Under the pieces are notes generated by a model. The model saw only the letters and a program-made list of their open reading frames with translations, was not told where the DNA came from and searched no databases. Position numbers and translations under genes: made by a program. A DNA stretch of 64,000 nt. It comes from Octopus sinensis. Taxonomy: Eukaryota. Shown here piece by piece: positions 37,930 to 51,459 of the stretch. The stretch's first letter is position 1. Every line of letters begins with the position of its first letter. Where the stretch lies: assembly GCF_006345805.1 (NCBI RefSeq), contig NC_043009.1, forward strand, positions 40,424,001 through 40,488,000, in the 5' to 3' direction.

Positions 37930-39419
37930 AACGTACGGAAGTAATATGACGAGAATTTTAATATTCATATAAAGTTTCAAGTTCGAATCGAGTTCTAGTC
38001 TTCGAATTCAACGAATTGTCTGTAGTTTCATTATTGCCGTATACTACAGACAATTCTGGTAATGAATTCTTTGAAATGTGTAATCTTTTCGACTCTATTA
38101 CTAACAGTTCCGTTGATGTCTCCTTACAATATTATTTCTTGCGTCTTTAACCTTTTGTCTGTTCTGTGCATGACATGTGACATGCAGGATAATGAAATAT
38201 GTCAGGGAGGCCTGAACACATTTCTCTGACGTCCACGTATCACACGTGATACACATTTTCAATTTTTTTCAAACACTAGAGTTATTTGGGACATATAAAA
38301 AAAAGTTTTATATTATTGAGAACGTATGAAAGAATGGATTACAAAAAGGCTCAAAAACAATCATGAACATTTATGACAAACCTATGAAAATACTCTGAAT
38401 AGATTAATTAATGGTTAATGAATAGGCTAATGAACGGCAAAACGTTCTACAATTGAGATAGAAAGAAATTTTATATTTTGAGTAAGGCGCGTATTGAGAC
38501 CAGTTCAAAGATTTGGCTTCACAGAAATTTCCTTCCTGTTCTCTGTAGTAATTTTAAAACTATTCCTTTAGACGAATATGAAATTGTTTCAATTGATCGG
38601 AATTTAGGATTGATATTGATCTCAGCTTTTATACTTAGCTTCCCTTCTTGTGATCCGAATAGTGTTTGTTTCGTTGCCAGATAATAAAGCCAAAATGCTG
38701 AGGGGGACTTTTAAATAATGGACGACTGTCTTGAAACGGAATTGAAGTCTGTTTTCAAAGTTTCCAACTTACTGACATTTTTAAACTTCTGTAGCTTATA
38801 GTAAAAGAATGCAAAAAAATAAAAAATGAAGACCAGGAAAAATAAGACAAAAACATTAAGAAAATTATAAAAGAGAAAAACAAAAACGAAGATAATGGAT
38901 AATATATAGACAGGAAAGAGACATAAACATCGCTTGAAGAATGAAAGAAACCAATAAAATGGTAAAATAAAATAGAAAGTGGAATAACAACAACAACAAT
39001 AACAACAACGACGACGTTTTTTTTAAATCTAGCCTTAGAGCAATATAAACTGACAAACGAAAAAAATTAGTGATTCTACATAATGTTAGTGGAAAGATAA
39101 AACTGTCTTTAATATTTTAGTAACAAACCAGTTCCCTAGGTTGGGCACGCCTGGGATTATATCGTGTAAATATATCGTGAGTGTTATGTGTTAGTCTGTG
39201 TAAATATGCGTGATTATAGCGATACAGTATGTGTGTGTGTGTGTGTGAGTTTGTGTCTGCGTATGTGTTTGTGTATGTAAATGTATATATGTGTATGTGC
39301 GTGTGTGTGTGTGTGTGTGTGTATACATACAAATTTACACAAATATATACATACATGTATTTACATGTATATGATTGTATGTACCTCTCTCTCTCACTGT
39401 TTATACAAACATATATATA

Positions 39420-39456
<37 letters not shown>

Positions 39457-39665
39457 TGCATGTGTGTGTATGTGTGTGTGTGCATGTATTACTAGATAAA
39501 CATACATATGCATTTATATTGCGCAAGGAACGAGAACCTCAAAGAATTAGTAAGCTTGGACATATATTATTACTCAAAGTAAGGTATTAAATTCTCGTAC
39601 ATATGTGTGTATATGTATGTGCATGTACATATGTATGTACATGTCCGTATATATATATATAATAT

Positions 39666-39703
<38 letters not shown>

Positions 39704-39800
39704 CATATACATAACATATATTTGTATATATTCACATATGCACACACATACATATACATATATATGTATATATATTTGCATATATACACATATATATGCG

Positions 39801-39986
39801 TCATCATCATCATTGTTCGACCGTGGTCGAGACAATGGAATTTACCATGCTACGCCAGACTTCACGGTCCATCATGGCATTACGGAGGTCCTGTTGCTGG
39901 ATGCCTGTATCCCTGGAGATTACATCAGGGTAGGAGAGTGTGCGCCCTCTGGTATTGCGGGTAGATGGCTTCCAGAGGAGAAGAGT
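39801..39986 (-). mobile_element. RTE-clade LINE extreme 3' end with (TGA)n tail
   Basis: [58 protein letters not shown] followed by (tga)n; typical 5'-truncated RTE C-terminus. Confidence 0.8.
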
Positions 39987-40129
39987 AGAAATATATATGC
40001 GTACAAACACGCATATATTATATACATATATCTTTACTCACTCTTGGTCTAACTTATTAGTGGTTAAGTGGTTAAGCGTTCCGTAGTTACGTTTACTTTC
40101 AACGTAATTCTCAAGCAGAGTTGGAGCAC

Positions 40130-40300
40130 TATAGTACCGAGGGAATTACTGGTACAAGCCATCCAACAGGCTTTTGTACATTTGCCGTCTTTAGATTTTC
40201 GTTCGTGAATTATTGGTGGTACCAAGGCTAAAGAAAATGAAACATGCCCAAGATGGGCTCGAACGCAGACACCGACGTTGTGAAAGGAATTTTAGAACCA
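40130..40300 (+). mobile_element. CR1-like RT C-terminal scrap
   Basis: [19 protein letters not shown]... and [21 protein letters not shown] resemble LYK..VRPHLEY...WSP.LKKD...LE.VQRR. Confidence 0.35.
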
Positions 40301-40350
40301 ATCAGCCGTGCTGCATATGCAACTGCATGCTTACATATATACACATATAC

Positions 40351-40387
<37 letters not shown>

Positions 40388-40437
40388 TGCGTGTAATTGT
40401 ATTTGTACGCATGCAGATTTATGTATATGTATGTATG

Positions 40438-40481
<44 letters not shown>

Positions 40482-40498
40482 ATATATATTTATATATA

Positions 40499-40544
<46 letters not shown>

Positions 40545-40859
40545 ATATTATAAATACAAAATGGGACAAGAACACAAAACATTCAAATAGACGATACAAA
40601 ATACGGACGGGTCATTCGAATCTTACATAAACTCGTACACACATATATATACGTGTATATATATATGTATATGTATATGTATATATGCGCATGTGTGTGT
40701 GTATGTCTGTATGTTCGTATGTGTAAGCGCACATTCACATCTTAGCTTACATACGTGTGTGACATATTTGTACGAATAAGTTTAAGCGGCGGTACATATG
40801 GTTGCGTTTATGTATAATTAAACATATGTAAATAGCTATTAGACAAGATTCTCTGGCTA

Positions 40860-41142
40860 TAAACATAAGACATAGGAATGGAGAAGAGGGGAAGAAAGAG
40901 AGAACGAGGGAGCGAAGGAGAGAGAGGGGTGAGAGAGAAAGTTAGGTATATGGGGAATAATAGGAAAATGGAAGTTAAGGTGAGCGAAAAAGAGATAGGC
41001 CTACACGTATAGGTAAATTGAAAGGCAATGTAAACGGATCTTGGGGTGGAGGAAAGAAGGAGAAGAAGGAGAAGAAGAAGAAGAAGAAGAAGAAGAAGAA
41101 GAAGAAGAAGGAGGAGGAGGAGGAGAAGGAGAAGAAGAAGAA

Positions 41143-41188
<46 letters not shown>

Positions 41189-41189
41189 T

Positions 41190-41251
<62 letters not shown>

Positions 41252-41450
41252 TTGATGATGATGATGATGATGATGATAGTGGTATCGGGGGCGTTGGTGG
41301 TGGAAGTCGGGTGGTGATGGCAGTGAAGAGGAAGAAAATGAGGATGAGGAAAAGCGGGAGGAAGAGGAGGTTGTAGAAAGGAGAAGATTAAGAAGGAAAG
41401 ATAAAACAGAAACGATAACGAAGAAAGAAAACAACAACAACATTATTATT

Positions 41451-41490
<40 letters not shown>

Positions 41491-41880
41491 GGCAAAAGAA
41501 GAAAAATAGGAAGAGAAAACAGAGCAAGAGGAACAAAATAACATGAAGAAGAGGAGGAAGAAGACAAACAACCACAACAACAAAAGAGAAGTAGATAGAA
41601 AGAAGAAAAAAAAAACGAGAAAAGAAAGAAAGAGAACAGATTTAGGATACGGAGAATCAAAATGGAGAAAGAGGTAGAAAAGAGGTAAAAAATTAAGAAG
41701 GAAAAATAACGGAGGAACATAAAGAAAAGAAAGAAGAAAGGGAGGATGATGACGAGGACGGTGAGAAGAACAGAAAACCAGCAACAACAAGAACAATAAC
41801 AGCAGCAACAGAATTGGAAGGAATTGGAGAGTAAAGAAATGGTAAGTGAAGTAGTAGGATGAGGGGAAGAAATGGTTCCA
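40860..41880. repeat. Purine-rich low-complexity tract with (GAA)n, (GAT)n and (AAT)n
   Basis: Direct reading; source of the poly-His/Leu/Asp ORFs. Confidence 0.9.
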
Positions 41881-42074
41881 AATGAAATTGTTTCTGTTAC
41901 GAGAAATATTCTTGAGGATCGCTAATCTGAAGAAAATATTTCGAAGTACTTTTCAAAGAAAGTCATAGAAGAGCACTTGAAATTATCTCTAAGTGGAACA
42001 TTCAGAAGGAAATAGAGACTGCTGATAAGAATTGTATATGTAAATATGTGTATGTATGTATGTATGTATGTATG

Positions 42075-42105
<31 letters not shown>

Positions 42106-42112
42106 GATATAA

Positions 42113-42162
42113 TATATATGTGTATGTATTTATATATATATATATATATATTTATTTATTTA

Positions 42163-42203
<41 letters not shown>

Positions 42204-42516
42204 ATACATACATGTATATATATACATATATATTTATAAGTATATTTATAAATATATATACGCATATATACGCATATATACATATATAATTATACGTATA
42301 TATACACATATATACATATATAATATATATGTATATATACATATATATATGTATGTATATTTACACAAGTAGGTGAGTGTGCATGTGTGTGTATATATAT
42401 ATATATGTATATATACATTCGTATATATTTATATATATATTCGTATATATATATATATATATATATATATCTATATATAGTGTATATTTTTTTAGTTTCA
42501 GCTAAGAGTGCGGCCA

Positions 42517-42553
<37 letters not shown>

Positions 42554-42684
42554 ATATCTATATATATATATATTAAGTAGTAGAAAAAATACAACATGGA
42601 CAAGAACGTATAACTCATATATATATTATATAAATATATATATATATATATATATACACATATGTGTATATGTATATACATATA

Positions 42685-42715
<31 letters not shown>

Positions 42716-42721
42716 CTATAG

Positions 42722-42756
<35 letters not shown>

Positions 42757-44069
42757 ATATATATATATATATATAAGCGCATATATATATGTGTCTTTAT
42801 ATACATATATGCTTGAATATAAAAATATATATGTACATATACAAGTACATACACGTGTGTGCGTGTATATGTGTGTATGTGTGTGTATTTATTCAGACAT
42901 GGTTTTGAGTATACACTTGCACGCACGCACGCACGCACACACGTACATTTATATACACATATATGGGCTGGTTGTATGTGGGTGTTATGTGTGCGTTTGT
43001 GTACATATGTATATAATGAATATTTTAGGAGATATGTGTGTATGTATTGCATGAACGTATGCAAGTATACCTCCATTTGTGCGTGTAGTATATAGTCATA
43101 GAACAGGGGGGGGAAATAATTAAAAATATGTATTTAGATAAGATAGATATATGTGTGTGTTGTATATATATGTATAATGTATGTGTGTGTGCGTATGTGT
43201 ATGTATGTGTGTGTATGTATTCTGAATAGATACGCCTGTTTTGAGTGCTCTAAGCTTACTAAAATAATCTTGATCTTAAGCGATATTTTACTATATTTTA
43301 TACTTTATAAATTTCTTCTTTTATTTTATTCCAGATGGCAAAAGAATAAATCAAGTTTTTGGCAGCAAGTTATATTATTTTAATGTATAAAACAATGCTT
43401 ACAAACAGACGACTCGCTTACCAAAACAAAATAACAAATTCGTCTGCTGCTAAATATTTTCTACTGTCTGTTAATAACGTTGAGTATGTTGGTTTATGTG
43501 TGTTTTCGTGTGAGTTATGATGTATTTTTTCCCTCCTTTTGTAAGCTGTATATCATATATACATAAATACAGACGTTCATACATACATGCATATATCTGT
43601 GAGTGTGCGTATGTAATATTTTTTAGCGCCACCATTTTGGGAGAGCAGAGAGGTAGAAGGAAGTTTCTATAAATCACTTACTACTGCAGATGTTTTCTTT
43701 TAAAGTGTTTATAATGCTTAAAAAATATCATACTTCTCTACATTTGCCACACACATAAAATTCATACACATACGCAAACACATATAAATACACATGCAGG
43801 CATACATACGTTTATGTGGCACACTTAAACACGTACATAACACAATGCAAGTACATATGTATGGTGTATGTATATATGTGTATGTATTTATATATATATA
43901 TATAATATTTATTTATTTTATTCATATATATATATTATATATATATATATGTGTGTGTGTATACATACATGTATATATACATATATATTATAAGTATATT
44001 TATAAATATATATACGCATATATACGCATATATACATATATAATTATACGTATATATACACATATATAC

Positions 44070-44100
<31 letters not shown>

Positions 44101-44198
44101 TATATGTATGTATATTTACACAAGTAGGTGAGTGTGCATGTGTGTGTATATATATATATATGTATATATACATTCGTATATATTTATATATATATTCG

Positions 44199-44229
<31 letters not shown>

Positions 44230-44276
44230 TATATAATTTTATTATTTTTTTCGAGTTTATCATAGCTGCGGCCATA

Positions 44277-44307
<31 letters not shown>

Positions 44308-44383
44308 ATATATCCTATATATATATATATATTAAATATATATATTATATATATATACACATATGTGTATATGTATTCTACAT

Positions 44384-44421
<38 letters not shown>

Positions 44422-45577
44422 TATATATACATATATAGATATATATATATATATATATAATATAAGCGCATATATATATGTGTCTTTATATACATATATG
44501 CTTGAAATAAAAATATATATGTATACATATACAAGTACATACACGTGTGTGCATGTATATGTGTGTATGTGTGTGTATTTATTCAGACATGGTTTTGAGT
44601 ATACACTTGCACGCACGCACGCACACACGTACATTTATATACACATATATGGGCTGGTTGTATGTGGGTGTTTATGTGTGCGTTTGTGTACATATGTATA
44701 TAATGAATATTTTAGGAGATATGTGTGTATGTATGCATGAACGTATGCAAGTATACCTCCATTTGTGCGTTAGTATATAGTCATAGAACAGGGGGGGGGA
44801 GGAATATATTAAAATATGTATTTAGATAAAGATAGATATATGTGTGTGTGTGTATATATATGTATATATGTATGTGTGTGTGCGTATGTGTATGTATGTG
44901 TGTGTATGTATTCTGAATAGATACGCCTGTTTTGAGTGCTCTAAGCTTTACTAAATAATCTTGATCTTAAGCGATATTTTACTATATTTTATTACTTTAT
45001 AAATTTCTTCTTTTATTTTATTCCAGATGGCAAAAGAATAAATCAAGTTTTTGGCAGCAAGTTATATTATTTTAATGTATAAAACAATTGCTTACAAACA
45101 GACGACTCGCTTACACAAAACAAAATAACAAATTCGTCTGCTGCTAAATATTTTCTACTGTCTGTTAATAACGTTGAGTATGTTGTTTTATGTGTGTTTT
45201 CGTGTGAGTTACTGATGTATTTTTTTCCTCCTTTTGTAAGCTGTATATCATATATACATACATACAGACGTTCATACATACATGCATATATCTGTGAGTG
45301 TGCGTATGTAATATTTTTTAGCGCCACCATTTTGGGAGAGCAGAGAGGTAGAAGGAAGTTTCTATAAATCACTTACTACTGCAGATGTTTTCTTTTAAAG
45401 TGTTTATAATGCTTAAATATCATATCTTCTCTACATTTGCACACACATACAAATTCATACACATACGCAAACACATATAAATACACATGCAGGCATACAT
45501 ACGTTTATGTGCACACTTAAACACGTACATAACACAATTGCAAGTACATATGTATGCGTGTATGTATATATGTGTAT
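42113..45577. repeat. Tandem duplication of a ~1.7-kb block (about 42113-43885 and 43870-45577)
   Basis: Unique anchors recur at offsets of 1686-1754 (e.g. acaagtaggtgagtgtgc at 42365/44119, ttcagacatggttttgag at 42892/44582, gcgccaccattttggg at 43625/45321). Confidence 0.9.
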
Positions 45578-46034
45578 GTTCATACATGTGTGTATTTTTA
45601 CAAAGAAAAGATTGACACTTCGAAGTTTTGGTTATGTAGCCATCGTAGTAAAGGGTACTTAGCTGTAACTTCGAAGTAACTATCAACCGATTCCCTTAAC
45701 ATATTAAAAAAAATACTGAAGGGTATCGAATGATCGTCTTTATTTTAGTGTTTGACTGTCTCTCTCTCTCCGAAAAACAGTGCCTGTATAATACATATAT
45801 GTATATGTATATGTATGTATATAGTAAATACGAAGCGAAGCTATACAATAGCGTCGTATTTGTATCGATTGTTATTTTCCAGTAATTATTGGTGTCTTGT
45901 TGTACCACTTATCTATTTTTATATGTATAAGTCTACCCTTATGGAGCTTTATTTTACTGGAAAGTAATACATTTGTATTGCATTATTATTTTCATTGAAA
46001 ACTCCTTCACTGTTCTCGTTCTGTTAACGGCTAG

Positions 46035-46206
46035 GCGTTCAGGCGAGTATACAGGCATTGATGTGGGAACATTTGAAATATTGTCTAGGTAAATGCAGCT
46101 GATGAAGACTGATCAAATTTACGTTGTCAAACGTATTGAAGAGTTAGAAACCGGTCCTGCATTATCCGATACTAGGTTGTCCATTTATCGCATGTTCTTC
46201 CTAGAG
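46035..46206 (+). pseudogene. Exon-like segment of the putative DED-like gene (one in-frame TAA)
   Basis: Polypyrimidine tract with ctAG acceptor and GAG|GTAAGA donor. Its phase 2 start matches the corrected phase 2 end of 34859-35021. Reads RSGEYTGIDVGTFEILSR*MQLMKTDQIYVVKRIEELETGPALSDTRLSIYRMFFLE. Confidence 0.4.
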
Positions 46207-46375
46207 GTAAGACAAATGTTTCATGTTTGCTGCACACACACGTCTTTGCTAGTAAATACGCAGTGAATCTATACAATAGCCTCGTATTTGTGTCGATTGC
46301 TGTTTTCCTGTAAATATTGATGCCTTGTTGTAACACTTATCTATTATATATATATATATTATATATATATATATA

Positions 46376-46429
<54 letters not shown>

Positions 46430-46466
46430 CATAGATACATACATATACATGCATCATACATATGCG

Positions 46467-46850
46467 CAGGCATAGCTGTGTAGTAAGAAACTTGCTTCCC
46501 AAGCACATGGATCCGGGTTCAGTCCCATTACATGACATCTTGAGCAAATGTCTTTTACTGTAACCTCGGGCCGACCAAAGCCTTGTGAGTGGAACTCGTT
46601 GACGGAAACTGAAAGAATTCCATCGTATGTATATACATATCTGTATGCCATTGTATCTGTGTTTGTCCCCACTATAGCTTAACGACCTGTGTTGCTATGA
46701 TAACATAGCCGTATCCTAGCGGTTCAACAAAAGAGACCAGTGGAATAAGCAGCAGGCTCAAAAAACAGTACTGGGATCGATTCATTCGACTTAAAATTCT
46801 ACATGGCGGTGCCCCAACATGGCCGCAGTCAGATGATTGAAACAAGTAAA
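46467..46850 (+). mobile_element. SINE A, diverged
   Basis: Similar to family A. Confidence 0.75.
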
Positions 46851-46957
46851 AAAATATATGTAAAAAGAGACAAGGAAATCCTCAGACAGACATACAGACA
46901 TACAGACAAATAGACAGACAGATGGACAGATAGACAGATAGATATCAGATAGATATC

Positions 46958-47063
<106 letters not shown>

Positions 47064-47104
47064 GTAGATAGATATCAGATAGATAGACAGATAGACATAC
47101 AGAC

Positions 47105-47149
<45 letters not shown>

Positions 47150-47174
47150 TATAGATAGATAGATAGATAGATAT

Positions 47175-47213
<39 letters not shown>

Positions 47214-47214
47214 T

Positions 47215-47245
<31 letters not shown>

Positions 47246-47829
47246 TGTTTCTTTATTAGCCACACAGGGCTGCACGCAGACAGAACAAATTACAAGGTAG
47301 AGCTTTTCTTTTGGGGGTAAAAAAAAGGGGGTTAGATAGATAGATAGATTAACAAATTTGTGTAAATTGGGAAATATTTTTGAAGTTATACCTCACACTC
47401 ACTTTCTTCAATTGGTTGAAAATAAACCGTCTGGCGAAACTAAAAAAAAATATTCAATTCAAAATTTATAATATATTTGATTTTATTCTCACTATTGATA
47501 CGTCATTTGCATCAATAAATGATTCGTTATTATTTTTCAAATTATTTTAAAATAATAGCCTTAACTAAAAATTTATACACAAGCGCGCGCGCATATACAT
47601 ATAAGTGTGTAAAATTACATATCTGTGTGTGAGTGTTTCTGAGTGAATGGGTGTGTTAATTTTCCTGCCTACGAAGGGAAATGAATAGTAATTGATGTTT
47701 AAATTAAACACAAACCAAATTTTCACCCAATTCGCCTGACCCATCACAGGTATATAGTGTTGCATCGACAGGTTTATGAGTATCACCTCCAATTCCAGTG
47801 AAAGGCCATCTCTGTAAACTTCCTGGATT

Positions 47830-48700
47830 GTCTCCATTTCTTTCTCTCACAAACCTGCCCGTACCTGCTCTTACCTTAACTTCAACTCAAATCTTCTCAT
47901 TTGCATAGAAGCCATCTCCTTTTGGTAAATCACTCTCTTCCACTTCGTAATCGAAGCTCAGACTTTAATGCTCAGTTGCACTACATGGTCCACGACTTCA
48001 TATAAAATGAATACCCCAACGACCCGCTAACAATACCCATTGTTGCACCTGTACATTTGACCATACATCATCCTCTAGCCGATTATTCATAGCACCATCA
48101 ACTGCCTTCTATTTCCTCCAAATTGCACTCCATCTTTAAGCGTACCATCGTACGGAACTTGCGTCTATTCTGATCTGACATCACTACGTTCCACCTAATG
48201 CCGAAATATCCTCTTTCTTCGTTCAGACGTAACTACAGTTTACGTGCTCTTCTATTCCATAGCGCCTTATTCTCTCACCACAACCAAGTCATATCCCTTC
48301 CTTGCCCCAAACGGCAACAGCGTCCTTTCATCCAATTTATTACCATTATATATGGTTCGACCTTCGCATTCAATATTGCCGACCAGTTCACCAGAACATT
48401 ATTCACTGCATAAAATGCCAAGTCCGTGAGTAGTAAATAGATTTAGACAACACTTATTAACGGACCGATGTAACAATACCGGATCACTCCCAACTATATC
48501 CCATTATTTCATTGTTCTGAACATACCTATCAGCATCTTACACTTTGTTTTATACAACCAATGGATCTCCTGTCTCTAGTTTCCCGGTTGAACATATTAT
48601 ACTTAAATACTATGAACTATCACGTTGCCTTTCTCAAACAATTCTGCCTTCCTCCTTCACAACCCAACATTCGTAAATACTTTTCAGCAAACTACGAATC
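47830..48700 (+). mobile_element. Penelope-like element remnant (RT thumb linker and GIY-YIG endonuclease region)
   Basis: Frameshifted motifs DFNAQLHYM, PLSSFRRNYSLRALLFHS (cf. P...FRR..NLRD.LVHS), SLPCPKRQQRPFI, FNIADQFT, IIHCIKCQ and SHYFHCSEHT match the Penelope C-terminal pattern. Confidence 0.65.
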
Positions 48701-48818
48701 TCTTCTCTTCTATCCACATACACATACACCAACCATCCACCACACACGGTTACTATTACGTATTTTTCATATCACTTTTAAGAAAAAGCTCATCACTCTA
48801 ACGCTATTCTCCTCTAGT

Positions 48819-49075
48819 GGAGGTGCGTGGTTTAGTGGTTAGGGCGTTGCACTCATGATCGTAAGATTGCGGTTTCGATTTCTAGACGAGGCAACATGTT
48901 GTTTTCATGAGCAAATCACTTCATTTCGCGTTGCACTAGTCCACTAGTCCACTCAGGTGGCAAAATTGAGTAATCTATCGACGGACGGGCGTCCCGTCCA
49001 AGTGGGGAATTTACATGTCATGAAAACGGGAAACCAGCCCTTATGAGTCGACATAACTCTAGAAAGCTAACCTTA
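48819..49075 (+). mobile_element. SINE family C with tail variant F
   Basis: tRNA head, core, then gacgggcgtcccgtcc...gaaaacgggaaaccagcccttatgag. Confidence 0.7.
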
Positions 49076-49303
49076 CTTTTAACTTTGTACTCCTCTACTA
49101 CCTAAAACGCAAGCGCTTAACTACGGTCACATGATATACTTAAAACACTCCCATACACATAATACATACAAACGCACGCACGTATATCTATCTAACTATC
49201 TATATATATATATATATATATATATAATCCAAGGATCGAGGTGTAGGAAGAGAGTTAGATTCAAGCTATCAATAGCAAATATTAAAAACAATATATGCAT
49301 ATA

Positions 49304-49727
49304 AGCGCAGGAGTGGCTGTGTGGTAAGTAGCTTGCTTACCAACCACATGGTTCCGGGTTCAGTCCCCCTGCGTGGCACCTTGGGCAAGTATCTTCCACT
49401 ATAACCTCGGGCTGACCGAAGCCTTGTGAGTGGATTTGGTAGACGGAAACTGAAAGAAGCCCGTCGTATATATGTATATATATATGTATGTGTGTGTATA
49501 TGTTTATGTTTGTGTGTCTGTTTTTGTCCCACCAACATCGCTTGACAACAGATGCTGGTGTGTTTACGTCCCCGTAACTTAGCAGTTTGGCAAAAGAGAC
49601 CTATAGAATAAGTACTAGGCTTCCAAAGAATAAGTCCTGCGTCGATGTGCACGACTAAAGGCGGTGCTTCAACATGGCCACAGTCAAATGACTGAAACAA
49701 GTAAAAGCGAATAAGAGATAAAAGAGA
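49304..49727 (+). mobile_element. SINE A, full length
   Basis: Complete head, core and tail. Confidence 0.9.
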
Positions 49728-49745
49728 TATATTTATTTATTTATA

Positions 49746-50115
49746 TGGATGGAAGCACTCCGTCAGTTACGACGATGAGGGTTCCCGTTGATCCGAGTCA
49801 ACGGAACAGCCTGCTCGTGAAATTAACGTGTAAGTGGCTGAGCACTCCACAGACACTTGTACCCTTAACGCAGCGTGACACCGAGAGTGACAAAGCCGGC
49901 TCTTTGAAATACAGGTACAACAGAAACAGGAAGTAAGAGTGAGAGAAAGTTGTGGTGAAAGAGTACAGCAGGGATCACCACCATCCCCTGCCGGAGCCCC
50001 GTGGAGCTTTAGGTGTTTTTGCTCAATAAACACTCACAACGCCCGGTCTGGGAATCGAAACCGCGATCCTACGACCGCGAGTCCGCTGCCCTAACCACTG
50101 GGCCATTGCGCCTCC
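49746..50115 (-). mobile_element. SINE family D, tail variant 2
   Basis: Same head and body as 7465-7771 but a different 3' tail. Confidence 0.85.
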
Positions 50116-50412
50116 TCATTTATTTATATATAATTAGAAGAAAAATAGGATTAAAAAATCCTGGCAGATATCAATACAGCACTCACTATTAAAACAATTT
50201 AGTTAACAATATTCAACAATTAGACACGGATAAATGTAAGTAGAATACAGATCCCAGGTAGATCTTGATATATGAGTGGCAAATCCAAATACCCTTTGAC
50301 AGAATATCGAGAAATTTAGAGTATTTGACAACAAAAAATACGTATAGAGAAAATGATATCTTTATTATAAATCTCACATTATAAAGCCAACACTTGTTTC
50401 TATTGTATTGAC

Positions 50413-50466
<54 letters not shown>

Positions 50467-50468
<2 letters not shown>

Positions 50469-50660
50469 CCGGGTGTGTACCGTTAGCGATTTTTTTTCCT
50501 CTGTCTTCCTTTCTCTGGATCTTTCCTTCTCCTATATTTCCGACGAAGAGCTCCGCTCGAAACGTTAAACCTTCCTTCTTCCCTTCCTGAGTGTCCAATA
50601 ATACTATATTTGTTCCACGTCCTCGCGTTGTTGTGTTTTCATGTTTGGATTAACTTTATA
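50467..50660 (+). mobile_element. Penelope-pseudo-LTR-like fragment with a near-intact minimal hammerhead motif
   Basis: tttCCGACGAaGAGCtccGCTCGAAACGTTaaa at 50537-50569, between (GT)n and (TA)n. Confidence 0.5.
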
Positions 50661-50677
50661 TATATATATATATATAT

Positions 50678-51414
50678 ATTAATCCGCTTTAGAAAGGTGG
50701 GGGTGGAGTAAATGAGAGGTGGAGTGAGAGAGAGAGAAAGATAGAGAGAGGGCGAGTGAAGAAAGAAGAGAGGAAGAAGTAGAGAAAGGTGGTTAATATT
50801 AATACGCTTTGGCCAAATGGTCACGTGGTCAGCTGAAGCGAAAGACGAAGAACGAAAGAAAAAGACGACGAGAGAAAAGGAAAGATAGAGAGAGAGGAGT
50901 GTTAACGATATGCGGTGGGTGGGGAAGGAATACTTATTACGTGATTAAAAAGTTAACTGATAGGAAAGATAGATAGAGAGAAATGGAGAGAGAGAGAGAG
51001 GGGAAGGTAGCAGTGGTGGTGGTGGTGGTGTTGGCAGTGATGGTGTGTGGATAGTGAAAAGTAGTTTCATTTATTGAACCAATTCTTTTTATATAGGGAG
51101 CCTCGTTTAATGCATGCTCGCTTAAGGAATTGATATTTGTTTATAAGGGACAATTTAGCCGAAACCCTGGATTCACAAGAAACACGATTGCAAGCTACCC
51201 GAGAAAGGTTGTACAGATATAGATCACGGGTCAGAGAGGAACAGCGAGAAAATATAATAAAAAGACGGAGACGCGAGGAAATTAATGTAGACGAATGTGA
51301 AGAATACTTAAAGAATGCTAAACTATGAATGCTATGAAAATGCAATTCATCCTTTTTTCTTAAATAGATCCTCTTAATTTTTTCCATCCCGTGGAATTTC
51401 CATGGTCCCACTAG
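50678..51414 (+). mobile_element. Non-autonomous Helitron with RepHel N-terminal fragment
   Basis: Hairpin ccgtggaatttccatgg (51389-51405), then CTAG (51411-51414) and T. ORF 51137-51328 AETLDSQETRLQATRERLYRYRSRVREEQRE resembles the ET.E....RL...RE repeats at Helitron N-termini. 5' end approximate. Confidence 0.55.
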
Positions 51415-51459
51415 TATACATACATACACACACATACACACATATACATACATATATAA

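Noticed and set aside
40808-41808. 255-aa poly-His/Leu ORF and poly-Asp/Glu frames
   Set aside because: Compound (GAA)/(GAT)/(AAT) repeats open in several frames; no unique coding content.
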